This document shows, piece after piece, positions 1 to 9,851 of a DNA stretch of 64,000 nucleotides (its first letter is position 1; each line of letters opens with the position of its first letter). The notes beneath the pieces are model-generated. The model searched no databases and was not told where the DNA came from. It saw nothing but the letters and a program-made list of their open reading frames with translations. Position numbers and translations under genes: made by a program. The DNA comes from Acidimicrobiia bacterium (GTDB lineage Bacteria > Actinomycetota > Acidimicrobiia > Spongiisociales > ZC4RG35). Location: NCBI GenBank assembly GCA_965215185.1, contig OZ244034.1, forward strand, positions 1,311,569-1,375,568, written 5' to 3'.

Positions 1-837
1 GCGCCAAGACAGCGTTTTCCTAGGTCAGAGGGTTGCCCGAAAGCGGGTTTGAAAGGAAAATTTCCAGTTGTGGCAGGAAATTCACACCGTGGGTAGTGCC
101 CCCGTTCGGGGTTGATACGACACCCGAAGATAAATCTGTGGTTTATGCCTCCCCTGGACTCCCGAACGAACTCACCACCTTAATAAGCGGCTTCTACACA
201 CAGTGCCAAGCCGTGACGTGTGGCGGGCTTTATGTTAGATGTCATGGAACAGGACAGACGGGCTACTTTTTCTTGGCGACCTCCAATCGGCTGAAGGGGT
301 GCTGCATGTCGTGTGGGAGCGTTGCGGCGATCACGGTATCCTTCCCTGACTTACAAAGAAATGAGACATTCCGAAACGGTCACCACACCCAAAAACAGAG
401 GGATCATTGAGGTACGCCTATGACCCCAATTGGCAGTCGGTGGCGGCGGTTTTCGAACCGGACCTCACCTCGGGATCTGGCTTACAAACAGTGGTGGCTT
501 GCACTGCTGAAGCACCAGGGGTTGTAATGAGCTTGGTCAGCGGCTAATACGGGTATGTAGCCAGAGATGGAAAGGGACATTGTTTGCTGTACCGTGGTTG
601 CTCGCCCAAAGGGACAATGGTGGAACTGCTAATACCTGTCGCCCACACCCCAGGGGCACGGTGAACAACAACGGGTGGTGTTCTTGGTTTTCCAGACGGC
701 AAGGGGCTGAGGGCGCGGCGCCGTTTGGGGGCGATAGCTCTGACCGCACCGAAGGGCTTTCCTCGTTGGCAAGCCAACCCAACCGATTGGCCGACATCTT
801 ATTAGACTGCTACCTTAGAATCCTCGAAAGAGATTGG

Positions 838-1152
838 ATGCCTATGCAGGAAATACAGGTCACCACTGTTGTCTGGCAAGAAGACGGTTGGTTTGTAGCG
901 CAGGCATTGGAAGTTGATGTTGCAAGTCAAGGCGAGTCGCCTTATGCAGCCCTTGACAACCTTGGTGAGGCATTGGAGCTCCATTTCGAACCGCCCCGTC
1001 CCACCGTGTTACCAGAAGTTCATCATCTCCTAGCGAAGGTTGCGCGGCTTAAATTCGCTCCCCTACCGACAGGTTGCCCGCAAACTGCGCAGAGCGGGGT
1101 TTGCACGCAAAGTCGATGTGTTGAGCATGAACGGAGTGCGCCACCCTCCTGA
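838..1152 (+). CDS. HicB-like (UPF0150) antitoxin-domain protein; true 3' end uncertain
   Basis: Segment MQEIQVTTVVWQEDGWFVAQALEVDVASQGESPYAALDNLGEALELHFE matches the HicB N-terminal antitoxin fold pattern (xYxAxxPELPGCxxQGxTxEEAxxNxxEAIxLHLE). Local GC is lower than the window average. Confidence 0.4.
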   Translation: MPMQEIQVTTVVWQEDGWFVAQALEVDVASQGESPYAALDNLGEALELHFEPPRPTVLPEVHHLLAKVARLKFAPLPTGCPQTAQSGVCTQSRCVEHERSAPPS

Positions 1153-1225
1153 CGAATGGGGGCCAAGATCGCCGCGATCGGATACACAAAGATGCGGTGC
1201 CCCTCTGACTGCAAAGAGGGTTTGA
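1040..1225 (+). CDS. HicA-like toxin fragment or candidate; frame overlaps the HicB-like ORF
   Basis: SLPYRQVARKLRRAGFARKVD resembles the HicA/YcfA pattern LPxRxVxxxLxxxGFxxxRxxGSH. The GSH box is not intact, so the gene may be degenerate. Confidence 0.3.
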   Translation: MRGLNSLPYRQVARKLRRAGFARKVDVLSMNGVRHPPDEWGPRSPRSDTQRCGAPLTAKRV

Positions 1226-1535
1226 CGCTGAAAAATGCCGTCCCAAATCAGAGGCTCTCACCAATTGTCCTAAATCGGGGGGTAAAGAACCCGCTTGGTT
1301 TTGGGATGTGCGGCCGGGGTGGTCAGGAAGTGGCGGCGGGTGCGCTTCTAGGCGACTAGTAGGGGGATGAGGAGTTCTTGGGGGGTGATGCCGCCGTGAT
1401 GGCCGACCATGTGCCCTCCCAGGCCGTCTGGCAGGATCACAGTATCCGGTGGGGCTAGTAGTGCGGCGGTTGGGAACTGTTCGAGGGCGGGGTGCGGGTC
1501 CCCACCGCCCAGCCATTCCCGCAGGCGATCAGCGT

Positions 1536-2462
1536 CTACGTATTGGGCGCCGGTGCGTTGAGCACATGCCGTACCTGTTCGACGGGCCCGTTGAACATCA
1601 GCACCCGCCCGTCGCCCCAGCATTCCATACCCTCAATAAGATGCCTCCCCAGCCTTATGATTCCGGCAGCAGGGATGTCGCAGTGCCCATGGTCAGCGGT
1701 TCCGATCAACGTGGTGTCGGGCGGCAAAATACGCGCCAGGCGACCCCACAACCGACCGGTGTTTTCGAGTGCTCTTTTGTACCCCAATGACCGTTGACCC
1801 GACATGTGGGCGTTGCTGTCCACCGAAGACAAATACACCACCATCAGAGTCGCCCCGCCGTCATCCAGCAACTCCGATGGTCTGATCCCATAGAGGCTGG
1901 AGTATCCGTATCGTTCCGCTCCCCGGTACACCATGTTGCTGAACGGAGTCCCTTCGAAGATCACAGGGTGGGAGATGACCGCTCTCACGCCGGCGGTGTT
2001 CAAGCGTTCCCATAGGTTGGGAGCGGGCAGGAAACCGGTCGTGTCGTAGTCAACCCGCTCCCACTTGTCCGCCCATTGCAACATGTTTACCACTCGACCC
2101 AAATCGGGAATCCATTGGGTGTATCCGATCACTCCATGCTGCATGGGCGCCAGCGCGGTGGCTACCGAAGACAAACCGACAGTGGTCGTGGTAGGAAACG
2201 GCGCCTTCAACACAGCCCGACGGGACCGGCGCAAAACCTCGGCGCTGGCATGAGCGAGTTGGCAATCGCCCAGACCATCTACCACCAGCAACACATAGTT
2301 GCGTTTGTCGGGAATCAGAACAGCCAGGTCAGAACGAAGGCCCCTGGTCGGCGACCCACCAGTGAGACGCCTTTCCAGTTCCGCCATCAGGTTCACCAAA
2401 TTGTCACCCTGATAAGAAGGCAAAACACCCTGATCTAACATCGCGGCCCCTTCCATCACCAA
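1536..2462 (-). CDS. alkaline-phosphatase-superfamily phosphodiesterase / nucleotide pyrophosphatase-like protein
   Basis: Contains LVVDGLG, TTTxxxxS and TADHGH metal-ligand motifs typical of type I phosphodiesterase/NPP family enzymes. ORF is 308 aa. Confidence 0.65.
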   Translation of the reverse strand: MVMEGAAMLDQGVLPSYQGDNLVNLMAELERRLTGGSPTRGLRSDLAVLIPDKRNYVLLVVDGLGDCQLAHASAEVLRRSRRAVLKAPFPTTTTVGLSSVATALAPMQHGVIGYTQWIPDLGRVVNMLQWADKWERVDYDTTGFLPAPNLWERLNTAGVRAVISHPVIFEGTPFSNMVYRGAERYGYSSLYGIRPSELLDDGGATLMVVYLSSVDSNAHMSGQRSLGYKRALENTGRLWGRLARILPPDTTLIGTADHGHCDIPAAGIIRLGRHLIEGMECWGDGRVLMFNGPVEQVRHVLNAPAPNT

Positions 2463-2475
2463 AAACCCCTACGGC

Positions 2476-2540
2476 GGCGCTGGCGCGAAACCACAAGACC
2501 CCGAATTACAGCATCGCCAGAACAAGCCGGTGAAACCACT
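2476..2540. repeat. left copy of a ~65-bp imperfect direct repeat (two GAAACCAC boxes)
   Basis: ggcgctggCgcgaaaccacaa followed ~30 nt later by cCggtgaaaccact. A near-identical block with the same spacing occurs at 10981-11044. Confidence 0.5.
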
Positions 2541-3040
2541 CTCGCCCAATTCTGAAACTGCTTATATCCATTTCCTAAACCACTTTCCGACCAGGTGCTC
2601 GGAGTCGAGGGTTGTGTAGGTAGGGCCATGCGACTGTAGTCATCGACCATAGAGCACGCTTACTCATAGCCGACCTTCTGACGAAGATTAGCCCGAGACC
2701 GAACCAGTACACACCATCCACCTCCATCGGGCACTCTTCGGAAGTTTCCCAATACGGTCCACGTCCCAGAGGCGGGACAGTCCCTGACGACCGGGCACCC
2801 GGTACATCGTGGACCGCAGTACCCACAGGCGCCCGACCATCAGATGAGGCATTCCTTCTAGGCAACACCATCCTCCGCGATCCGTTCCTCCATCTCCAAA
2901 GAGACCGGTTGGGACTGCGACAAGGCCGCGAGGAAGGGCCCAGGAGCCCGGCTTCGCCTTCCTCCCAGCAACGTCTTCAGCCGTGGCCGGGAACAGTTCC
3001 GCTGCCGTTCACCAGTTAGACGCGTCCGTCTCGTGCAAGT

Positions 3041-4457
3041 TTGCAAGTCCCTATGTCCTACCTCGACCAGCAGGGCACCGGATCTGTTCTTTGGGCACTG
3101 GGTGTTCTGGTGGTACTTTGGAGGATGACAATGAACATGTTGCCACCTCCCCCTGATGGTTCCGGTGACTATACCGACCCGGAAACGATCCAGATGGTGG
3201 TCGGCAACACCTCCACCCCACCCGACACTCTCACTGCCCTAGCGCAAGATCCCCAACCGCAGTGCGCACCGCGGTGGGGCGCAACCCGAGCACCCCACCA
3301 CACTCTCACTGCCCTAGCGCAAGATCCCCAACCGCAGGTGCGATGATCCCCAACCGGTGGGTCACAACCCGAGCACCCCACCACACCTTCTCACTGCCCT
3401 AGCGCAAGATCCCCAACCGCAGGTGCGATGGCATGTGGGTCACAACCCGAGCACCCCACCACACCTTGGCAACCCGAGCACCCCACCACACCTTCTCACT
3501 GCCCTAGCGCAAGATCCCCAACCGCAGGTGCGCAGAGCGGTGGGGCGCAACCCGAGCACCCCACCACACCTTCTCACTGCCCTAGCGCAAGATCCCCAAC
3601 CGCAGGTGCGATGGCATGTGGGTCACAACCCGAGCACCCCACCCGACACTCTCACTGCCCTAGCGCAAGATCCCCACCCGCTAGTGCGCAGAACGGTGGG
3701 GCGCAACCCGAGCACCCCACCCGACACTCTCACTGCCCTAGCGCAAGATCCCGACAGGATAGTGCGCAGCGCGGTGGGTGGCAACCCGAGCACCCCACCA
3801 CACCTTCTCACTGCCCTAGCGCAAGATCCCCAACCGCAGTGCGATGGCATGTGTGTGGCAACCCGAGCACCCCACCCGACACTCTCACTGCCCTAGCGCG
3901 CGGTGCGCAGCGCGGTGGGTGGCAACCCGAGCACCCCACCACACCTTCTCACTGCCCTAGCGCAAAATCCCCAACCGCAGGTGCGCAGAGCGGTGGGTCT
4001 CAACCCGAGCACCCCACCACACCTTCTCACTGCCCTAGCGCAAGATCCCCAACCGCAGGTGCGCAGAGCGGTGGGTCTCAACCCGAGCACCCCACCCGAC
4101 ACTCTCACTGCCCTAGCGCAAGATCCCCAACCGCAGGTGCGCAGAGCGGTGGGTCTCAACCCGAGCACCCCACCACACCTTCTCGCTGCTCTAGCGCAAA
4201 ATCCCCACCCGACGGTGCGCAACGTGGTGGGTGGCAACCCGAGCACCCCACCGCACCTTCTCGCAGACATGATCCGGGTACGCACGGCACCCAGAGCAGC
4301 CCGATATTACGACCCTGATTGTTTGCCTCCCTGCCCGTTCTGCGAAAACCACTGCGTGGAAGACAGCCGATATTACGACCCTGACCTCCTCAACTCCCTA
4401 CTGCAAAACACCGACGACCTTATCCGCCGCATAGAGGACGGTCTCCACAGCCGGTAG
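3041..4457 (+). CDS. membrane-anchored leucine-rich-repeat-variant (LRV) repeat protein; reading frame interrupted within the repeat array, possible pseudogene
   Basis: N-terminal hydrophobic segment SVLWALGVLVVLW. It is followed by about 14 copies of a 26-aa unit NPSTPP(H/D)(L/T)LTALAQDPQPQVRRAVG(R/L), which matches the LRV consensus (NPxTPxxxLxxLAxDxDxxVRxAVAxNP). Three same-direction ORFs (3041-3346, 3357-3896, 3903-4457) carry the same repeat in shifting frames. Confidence 0.5.
3200..4265 (+). repeat. tandem array of ~78-bp repeats (about 14 units) with unit-length indels
   Basis: Directly visible iteration of caacccgagcaccccaccacaccttctcactgccctagcgcaagatccccaaccgcaggtgcgcagagcggtgggtct. 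There are two alternating variants (gcgcagagcggtgggg vs gcgatggcatgtgggtc; caccacacctt vs cacccgacact). Confidence 0.85.
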
Positions 4458-5015
4458 TGGAACTTCAACCAGGCAAACCGGGAGCGGTTCTTGATCGGGA
4501 TGATCCGCACCACTTTCCTCAAACGCCTGGAAAGCGCCGCCCGTTCGCTCACTATAGGGACTTGGCGATTTAGGCGCTGACAGACTGGGTTTCGTTGTTT
4601 TCCCCGAATTTGGTGTCGTCGCCGACCAACGCCAACCAGATGGTTGTCATCGTGAACGACTCCGGTATTGGCGCGTCGGTTGATCCCATTATCGCTCGGA
4701 TGGAGAAAGCGTATCGTGGGAATCGCCCAGCGGCAGAGAAACTGATAGGGGAAGCGCATCGGCTGTTCCGCTAATTGGAAGCAGTGGGGGTTGTGCGGTG
4801 AAAGGACATCTCTTATTGGACACGATGCTGGAGTGGTGCTGGGCTGCCCGTCCCAACAGTTCGGGTGCGCATCGCCGTCCACAGGTGTCCACGGCGCGTA
4901 ACCGGCAGTGGGCGGCGATGGCGGTGTTCTCAGGGGCGGAAGCGTTGGGATTGGTGGCAGAGATCGCCGCTTGGTCGGTGATCGCATCCCCCGGTCTTCG
5001 GATTCTGTGTCTACC

Positions 5016-5190
5016 AGGCCGCTGACGGGTGAAGAAACAAAAAGGGTTCGGGGTCTCGCCGACCGGGGACAACTGTTCTCTCGGCGGGCGGTGATCGTTG
5101 CTTTGGCATTCACTGGCGGTACTTCTGGGGAGATTGTCGGGGTCCGCAAAAGCCATGTTGACCTGAAAACGGGAACAGTGAGAGTCGGTG
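5016..5190 (+). pseudogene. tyrosine recombinase (phage-type integrase) internal fragment
   Basis: LTGEETKRVRGLADRGQLFSRRAVIVALAFTGGTSGEIVGVRKSHVDLKTGTVRV matches the core-binding to catalytic-domain junction of tyrosine integrases (LLAYTGLRxxELxxLRWxDIDLxxGTLxV). No downstream R..HxxR..Y region is present; the ORF then runs into unrelated sequence. Confidence 0.45.
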
Positions 5191-5419
5191 GGCGGCAGAA
5201 TTCGTTGTGCGAGTGGGGACATGCCGCGCCGACCCGCTTTTGGTCAGCGTTTCATTGGCAGGCACATCCACCTGGGCGTTTCCGCAAAGCCCGTTATTCT
5301 TCCTCCGGTGTCCTGCTATCAAGGATTAATGTGGTCGTTGTTCACAGTTCTCGCCGGAGGTTCGGGGCGGTGGTCAGATTTCAAGTTGAGACGTACCGGT
5401 CTTGGGTTTTTGCTGCCCG

Positions 5420-7270
5420 TCAGGGTTGGTCGGTTTCATCGGCGTTGCGTAGGTAGGTGATGGTTTCCATCATTGCCCTGCAGTCAACCTCGTTGTAGGC
5501 TCGGATCTCTTTCATCAGTTCAAGATCGATGAGCCTTTCCGCCCGTTGTTGGTTGATCTGGCTTTGGCACCACCAGGCACCAACCATGGCTCCCAGGCCG
5601 TCGGTGGGTCCCGTGCCCCATTGGCAGTTGACGAGCCCGTGCTGGTGAAGAGCGTTGGTGAAGGGTTTCAGTCCGAAACCGAAGGAACCCCGAACCACGA
5701 CTGGCTCGGCTTTTATCACCCTGGTTAGGAAGTCGAACCAGTTGGGATTCGCCCATCTGTCCTGCCTGGAGGGATGTCTATTCCGGGCGGAGTTGTAGGC
5801 GTTTTCCAAACTGGATGCCTCGGCCGCCGACCAGTGGATCACCTTCGCGTGGCTGTCCGGAGCGATCCGATCTCGGACGGTGTTCATGTGATCAAGCCAC
5901 GCCTCCACAATGCTCGCCTCGTCCGGTTCGGTCAACTGGTCTGCGATGAAGCACTCGAAACGCCATTCGCCCATTTCGATGTGCCCGCAGCCGATCATGA
6001 AAATGAGAGGCTGTCCGCTCTTGAAGGGGAACCGGGCAAAGTCGTCGTCGAGGTCCGAGACTGTCTCAAAGTCAACGTAGAACTCGAGCGGAGGCGTATT
6101 GATCCACTCTGAGCGGGCCGACTCTATTCGGCGGGGTAGCACCGTGGGTCCGTCCGGTCGGCGGTTCACCTCCAACAACGCCCCCAGAGAGGTATTCCCT
6201 CCCATGTTCAGGCTTTCGGGTGTCACCTGGGGGTCGGTCCATTTGAACAGGCCCGCTCGGTTGGCCTCCCGCCACTTTTGGACTCCCACTCCCCGCAGTT
6301 GGATGAGATCCTCGGTCTCCTCCGCTAATAGTTTGACGGCCGATTTCCACTCCCCCATGTTGCCTTTGGTATTGGGTCGGAGTTCCTCCACCGTGGCCGG
6401 AACAGCTTCCCATTCGTGCCCAAGGCGGCGCATCCTCCGGATCCATTCAACCGCCTGGTCGGCATGAACCTCCAAACATGTGTTGTCCCAACTCTCGTCC
6501 ATGCCGACCGGACCCAACCGGTCCATACAGTTGTTGATTCTTTCAGTTGGCCGTTTTTGTGTCCTGCTCCACCCCCGGCCCAACAGGAACGCCTGCGTCG
6601 GGTGGTGGCCTTGCAGGTATCCCAGTGCCCGGTTGTACAGGAACACCTGCGCTTTGTACGCCCGGGCCGATCCGCTGTTTTGCAGAGCGTTTCCTCCCGC
6701 GTTGAACTGCAGGGTGGAGTATTTGATGTCAACTATCACATAGTGACGGTCGCCGATGTCCAGATCCGTCGCCGGGACAGCCACCTGCCCGGGGTCCAAA
6801 CATCCGGGAAACAGAGAAACCAGGACATCGCTTCGGACCAACAGGTCGGGAGAGCCATATACCCGGTGGCGGGTATCCCTCAACACACCCTGATAGACAA
6901 TGGGCGTGCCCTCCGCCATCGCCTCCCAAGTAGCTACCGCCGCTGCCAAAGAAACAACCTGTGACGCAGAATCATCCGGGGAAACGATGGTCCGCACCCC
7001 ATCAGGGTGGAGATATCTCAAATGGTCAGCCACCCGGATCTCGAACTCCCGGCCCTTGCGGAAAACGAAACCAAGAAAGTCGGTCCGAGGATCGGGTCGG
7101 TCCCTCTCGTACCCATTCATATCGCCGTAGCGTTCAAGCCAATCCACCAGAGGATCACCCAGAACATGATTGCGGGTTCTAGTCGCCGACACCCACCCAT
7201 CCCATTCCACCCCGCCCGTGGGAACCACCAGGCGACCGGTGTCATCAAAAATTAGGGCTGTCTTCGGCAT
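5420..7270 (-). CDS. RecB-family nuclease, TM0106-like: N-terminal PD-(D/E)XK nuclease, central HhH, C-terminal RNase-H-like 3'-5' exonuclease domain
   Basis: PD-(D/E)XK motifs GSPDLLVRSD ... HYVIVDIKYS ... AYKAQVFLY (QxxxY). HhH motif LIQLRGVGVQKWREANRAGLF. Exonuclease motifs FYVDFETVS (DxE), HWSAAEASSL, YNEVDCRAM (YxxxD). Start is chosen at the internal ATG 7270, which has GGAGGG 5 nt upstream; the longer ORF runs to 7372. Confidence 0.7.
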   Translation of the reverse strand: MPKTALIFDDTGRLVVPTGGVEWDGWVSATRTRNHVLGDPLVDWLERYGDMNGYERDRPDPRTDFLGFVFRKGREFEIRVADHLRYLHPDGVRTIVSPDDSASQVVSLAAAVATWEAMAEGTPIVYQGVLRDTRHRVYGSPDLLVRSDVLVSLFPGCLDPGQVAVPATDLDIGDRHYVIVDIKYSTLQFNAGGNALQNSGSARAYKAQVFLYNRALGYLQGHHPTQAFLLGRGWSRTQKRPTERINNCMDRLGPVGMDESWDNTCLEVHADQAVEWIRRMRRLGHEWEAVPATVEELRPNTKGNMGEWKSAVKLLAEETEDLIQLRGVGVQKWREANRAGLFKWTDPQVTPESLNMGGNTSLGALLEVNRRPDGPTVLPRRIESARSEWINTPPLEFYVDFETVSDLDDDFARFPFKSGQPLIFMIGCGHIEMGEWRFECFIADQLTEPDEASIVEAWLDHMNTVRDRIAPDSHAKVIHWSAAEASSLENAYNSARNRHPSRQDRWANPNWFDFLTRVIKAEPVVVRGSFGFGLKPFTNALHQHGLVNCQWGTGPTDGLGAMVGAWWCQSQINQQRAERLIDLELMKEIRAYNEVDCRAMMETITYLRNADETDQP

Positions 7271-7689
7271 AACCCTCCGAACAGGCAACGGGAAACCTTG
7301 CTGAGATAATAGGCACCGAAAAAGGAATAGAGCGCGGCGATGCCTGGTGGGTTGAATCTCCCGCCCCACCACCCAGGGTCACGGGGGGATGACTCGGTAT
7401 TGCAAGACCGGCCCACAACACCTTCATAAGGTACGGCATGTGCGAGAGCCAAGGTGTGCTTCTAAGCGAAGGGAGGATTGCCGAGTAGGAGATACTTCTT
7501 AGGGGATATCAGGACTGCCGACGCTGGTTTAGGTGTGCATTTGAGTGATGTGGTGGTCCGTCTCTACGGGGAGTCAGAAAAGGGGACTAAAGAATCGCTG
7601 TTTGAACATCATTGATCAACTGGTTGAGTTCAACGCCTACGACATCCAGAAAAGGCTCGATCAAGAAAGGCAGTAACCCTTAGCCATTT

Positions 7690-8463
7690 CTAGGTCAGAA
7701 CTTCCAGATCGCCATCCTGGCTGCGTTCCACTACGGCAATGCCTTGCAACCCCCGGGGACCGGCGTGGGGCTTGGCCAGGCACACCACCTGAGCGCTGCC
7801 GATCATGCCCTTCTGGTCGTAATGCCTGTGCCCGCAAGCGTGGACACGGGGTTGGACCGTCTCGACAAGTTCACGCAGCGACGGATCTCCAATCGGGTTG
7901 CCTCTCCGGTCGGCGAGGACCCCTGATGGCCAGTCATGGGTCAACAACACGTCCAAACGTCCGTCCAGACGACCGACTGTGTCGATGAGTTGGTGCAACT
8001 CGGACCGATGCCAATAGGTCCGCTGCTTGGGCCCTTGACGAGATGGTTCCGCAAGCTCCGAATACTTCGGTGAGTAGATGCCCGACAGAAACCCGACTGT
8101 CACATCGCCAATACGTGTTATACCGAAGCGGCCCAGCCACCACACCCCCGGCGTCCACTCGCCCGGGCCGGCCCGGTCCAACATTGGATACGGCTCGTGA
8201 TTGCCCGCAATGAAATACAAAGGAGCACCCAACACGATCTCCTCGGCTACCAATCCTGGGAAGTCACCCATCTTCCGATACCGGGCGGGTACCGCCACTC
8301 CTGCCTGGTCGCTACGATCCCGGTTCGCTTCCAAATCACCCACCGCCAAGACGAAATCCAACTGCCCCCACCGGTGGCGCACCTCACCGAGGCCTTCGGC
8401 TAGGGACTCGAACCTGCCGTGAATGTCACCAACGATCACAAACCGGGTTGTCATAGATCCCAT
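7690..8463 (-). CDS. calcineurin-like metallophosphoesterase
   Basis: MPE motifs GDIHG, GDLEANRD, GNHE, THDWP, GHRH. ORF is 257 aa. Confidence 0.8.
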   Translation of the reverse strand: MGSMTTRFVIVGDIHGRFESLAEGLGEVRHRWGQLDFVLAVGDLEANRDRSDQAGVAVPARYRKMGDFPGLVAEEIVLGAPLYFIAGNHEPYPMLDRAGPGEWTPGVWWLGRFGITRIGDVTVGFLSGIYSPKYSELAEPSRQGPKQRTYWHRSELHQLIDTVGRLDGRLDVLLTHDWPSGVLADRRGNPIGDPSLRELVETVQPRVHACGHRHYDQKGMIGSAQVVCLAKPHAGPRGLQGIAVVERSQDGDLEVLT

Positions 8464-8984
8464 TCATGGTAATCCAATTATCCCCCTTTTTGCCTTGGGA
8501 GTGGCAACTGGCACTGACCCAACGGCGGGTGCTGGCCACCATCCCTGATCTGCGCCTTTCCCAGAGGTTTTCGGGGAGAACCCCACACCTCAACGTGAGA
8601 CATGCGCATCCCCTCCCAAACACCCGGATCCTCCCACTGTCGGAACACGCCCTTCCCGGCGAAATCTCCAAAGTCCGCTGTCCCCTCCATTCCGTCGGCA
8701 AAACGAATCCACACCCGATACTTCTCAAGCGGTTTCGCTTCCACCGAACAGGCAGAACATGACAAGGTGAGAATAGAGTCTGCTAACGACGCGTTGGTTG
8801 GTTCCGTCGCACCCAGGGACTCGCTCTGGCCAACACACAGCCGTCGTTTGTTCGGGTTGATGAGAGCGGGAAGGTAACGACCCGGACCAGAAAAGGTTGT
8901 TGGACTTCGCGGAGAGGGCAGTGGCGCGGTTGTGTTCTCTGTCGTTGCCGGTTTTGTTTGGGTTTCTGAACCAGAAACACTATA

Positions 8985-9851
8985 TTGGTAGCCCCTATGA
9001 GTGAGGTTGTTGCGGTTCAGCCCGGGTTGCCGGATTGGTTTTACGGGCGGCTTGGCACTTGTCCGGTGCCGGATGCGATGGTTCCGGTGGTCACCGATTT
9101 GTTCGGCAAAAAGGCTTCCGTTGTGACTTTGGACGATTTGGAGTCGTATGGTGTGAAGGGGTGGTCCCCTTCTGAAATGGCTCAAGTGTTGCGTCGGAAG
9201 GATTGGCTGTTTCCGTTGCGGTGTCAGGGTGCCTGGCGGTTCTACAGGTCCGCTATTTCTCTTCGGACACCCGGGTTCGCGGAGTTGAGGGCCAGGTTGC
9301 GGGTTCGCCCCGACACCCCGGCTTGTATAGGGGGTCGGTCGGTGGCTCAGGCGCACAGTTGGCTGCGTCGTCCCACCGGCCGGACAATTGGAATGCCTCC
9401 TCGCGTGAAAGCACCTAGTTGTTTTCAGGATTACACCGTGTGCCGGTGGGAACCACAAATACCATTGGACGAGATCGAAGGGTTGCCGGTGTGGAAACCC
9501 GAAACGCTGTTGGTGTTTATGGGTGCCCGGCCCGGGTCGTTTCCCTGGTCGGACATAGCAGAATGGCTGTGGGAGAGCTGCGAACCGCTCGAAGAAGATT
9601 TGTTGCTGAGCGAACTGGAAGGCAGACCACGGGCAACGTGGATGAAAACCGCCTACGTTCTCGACGCCGGTGAACGACCCGACCTGTCAGATACGCTGGT
9701 CAAGTTATGCCCCTCGAACGCCAAGGGACCGCATTTACTCGCCGACCGCACCTACCGGCATGGGTCGCTCAAGAGAACACCTGTTTGGTCCGCCAAGTAC
9801 GAAGTGGTGGATTACATCTTCCCCAGATGGTGGATAGCCAAATGGCGGTAA
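8985..9851 (+). CDS. abiEi: AbiEi-family antitoxin (type IV TA / abortive infection transcriptional regulator)
   Basis: N-terminal VVTLDDLESYGVKGWSPSEMAQVLRRKDWLFPLRCQGAWRF fits the AbiEi_4 N-terminal wHTH pattern (vvtxxxLxxxGvsxxxlxrLvrxGxLxrlxrGvY). It sits immediately upstream of and overlaps a DUF1814/AbiEii gene. Confidence 0.65.
   Translation: MVAPMSEVVAVQPGLPDWFYGRLGTCPVPDAMVPVVTDLFGKKASVVTLDDLESYGVKGWSPSEMAQVLRRKDWLFPLRCQGAWRFYRSAISLRTPGFAELRARLRVRPDTPACIGGRSVAQAHSWLRRPTGRTIGMPPRVKAPSCFQDYTVCRWEPQIPLDEIEGLPVWKPETLLVFMGARPGSFPWSDIAEWLWESCEPLEEDLLLSELEGRPRATWMKTAYVLDAGERPDLSDTLVKLCPSNAKGPHLLADRTYRHGSLKRTPVWSAKYEVVDYIFPRWWIAKWR

Noticed and set aside
431-560. A genuine tRNA or tmRNA gene on the minus strand
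   Set aside because: The T-arm and acceptor stems cannot be paired into a cloverleaf. Only a degenerate resemblance to the tRNA-Glu 3' end remains.
3200-4265. Possible CRISPR array, given regular ~78-bp repeats
   Set aside because: Units abut with no unique spacers. They encode a protein repeat, and no cas genes are present.
3428-4318. 296-aa ORF (QPEHPTTPSHCPSARSPTAGAQSGG repeats) in an alternative frame of the 78-bp array
   Set aside because: It is a frame-shifted reading of the same tandem repeat. The LRV-matching frame is the biologically sensible one.
4373-5222. Overlapping minus-strand ORFs of 258 and 177 aa
   Set aside because: No motif and compositionally biased. They overlap the integrase-like fragment on the other strand. 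Treated as non-coding or degraded.
8478-9458. 326-aa minus-strand ORF
   Set aside because: Antisense to the abiEi gene and the intergenic region. Pro/Arg-rich low-complexity translation typical of high-GC shadow ORFs.
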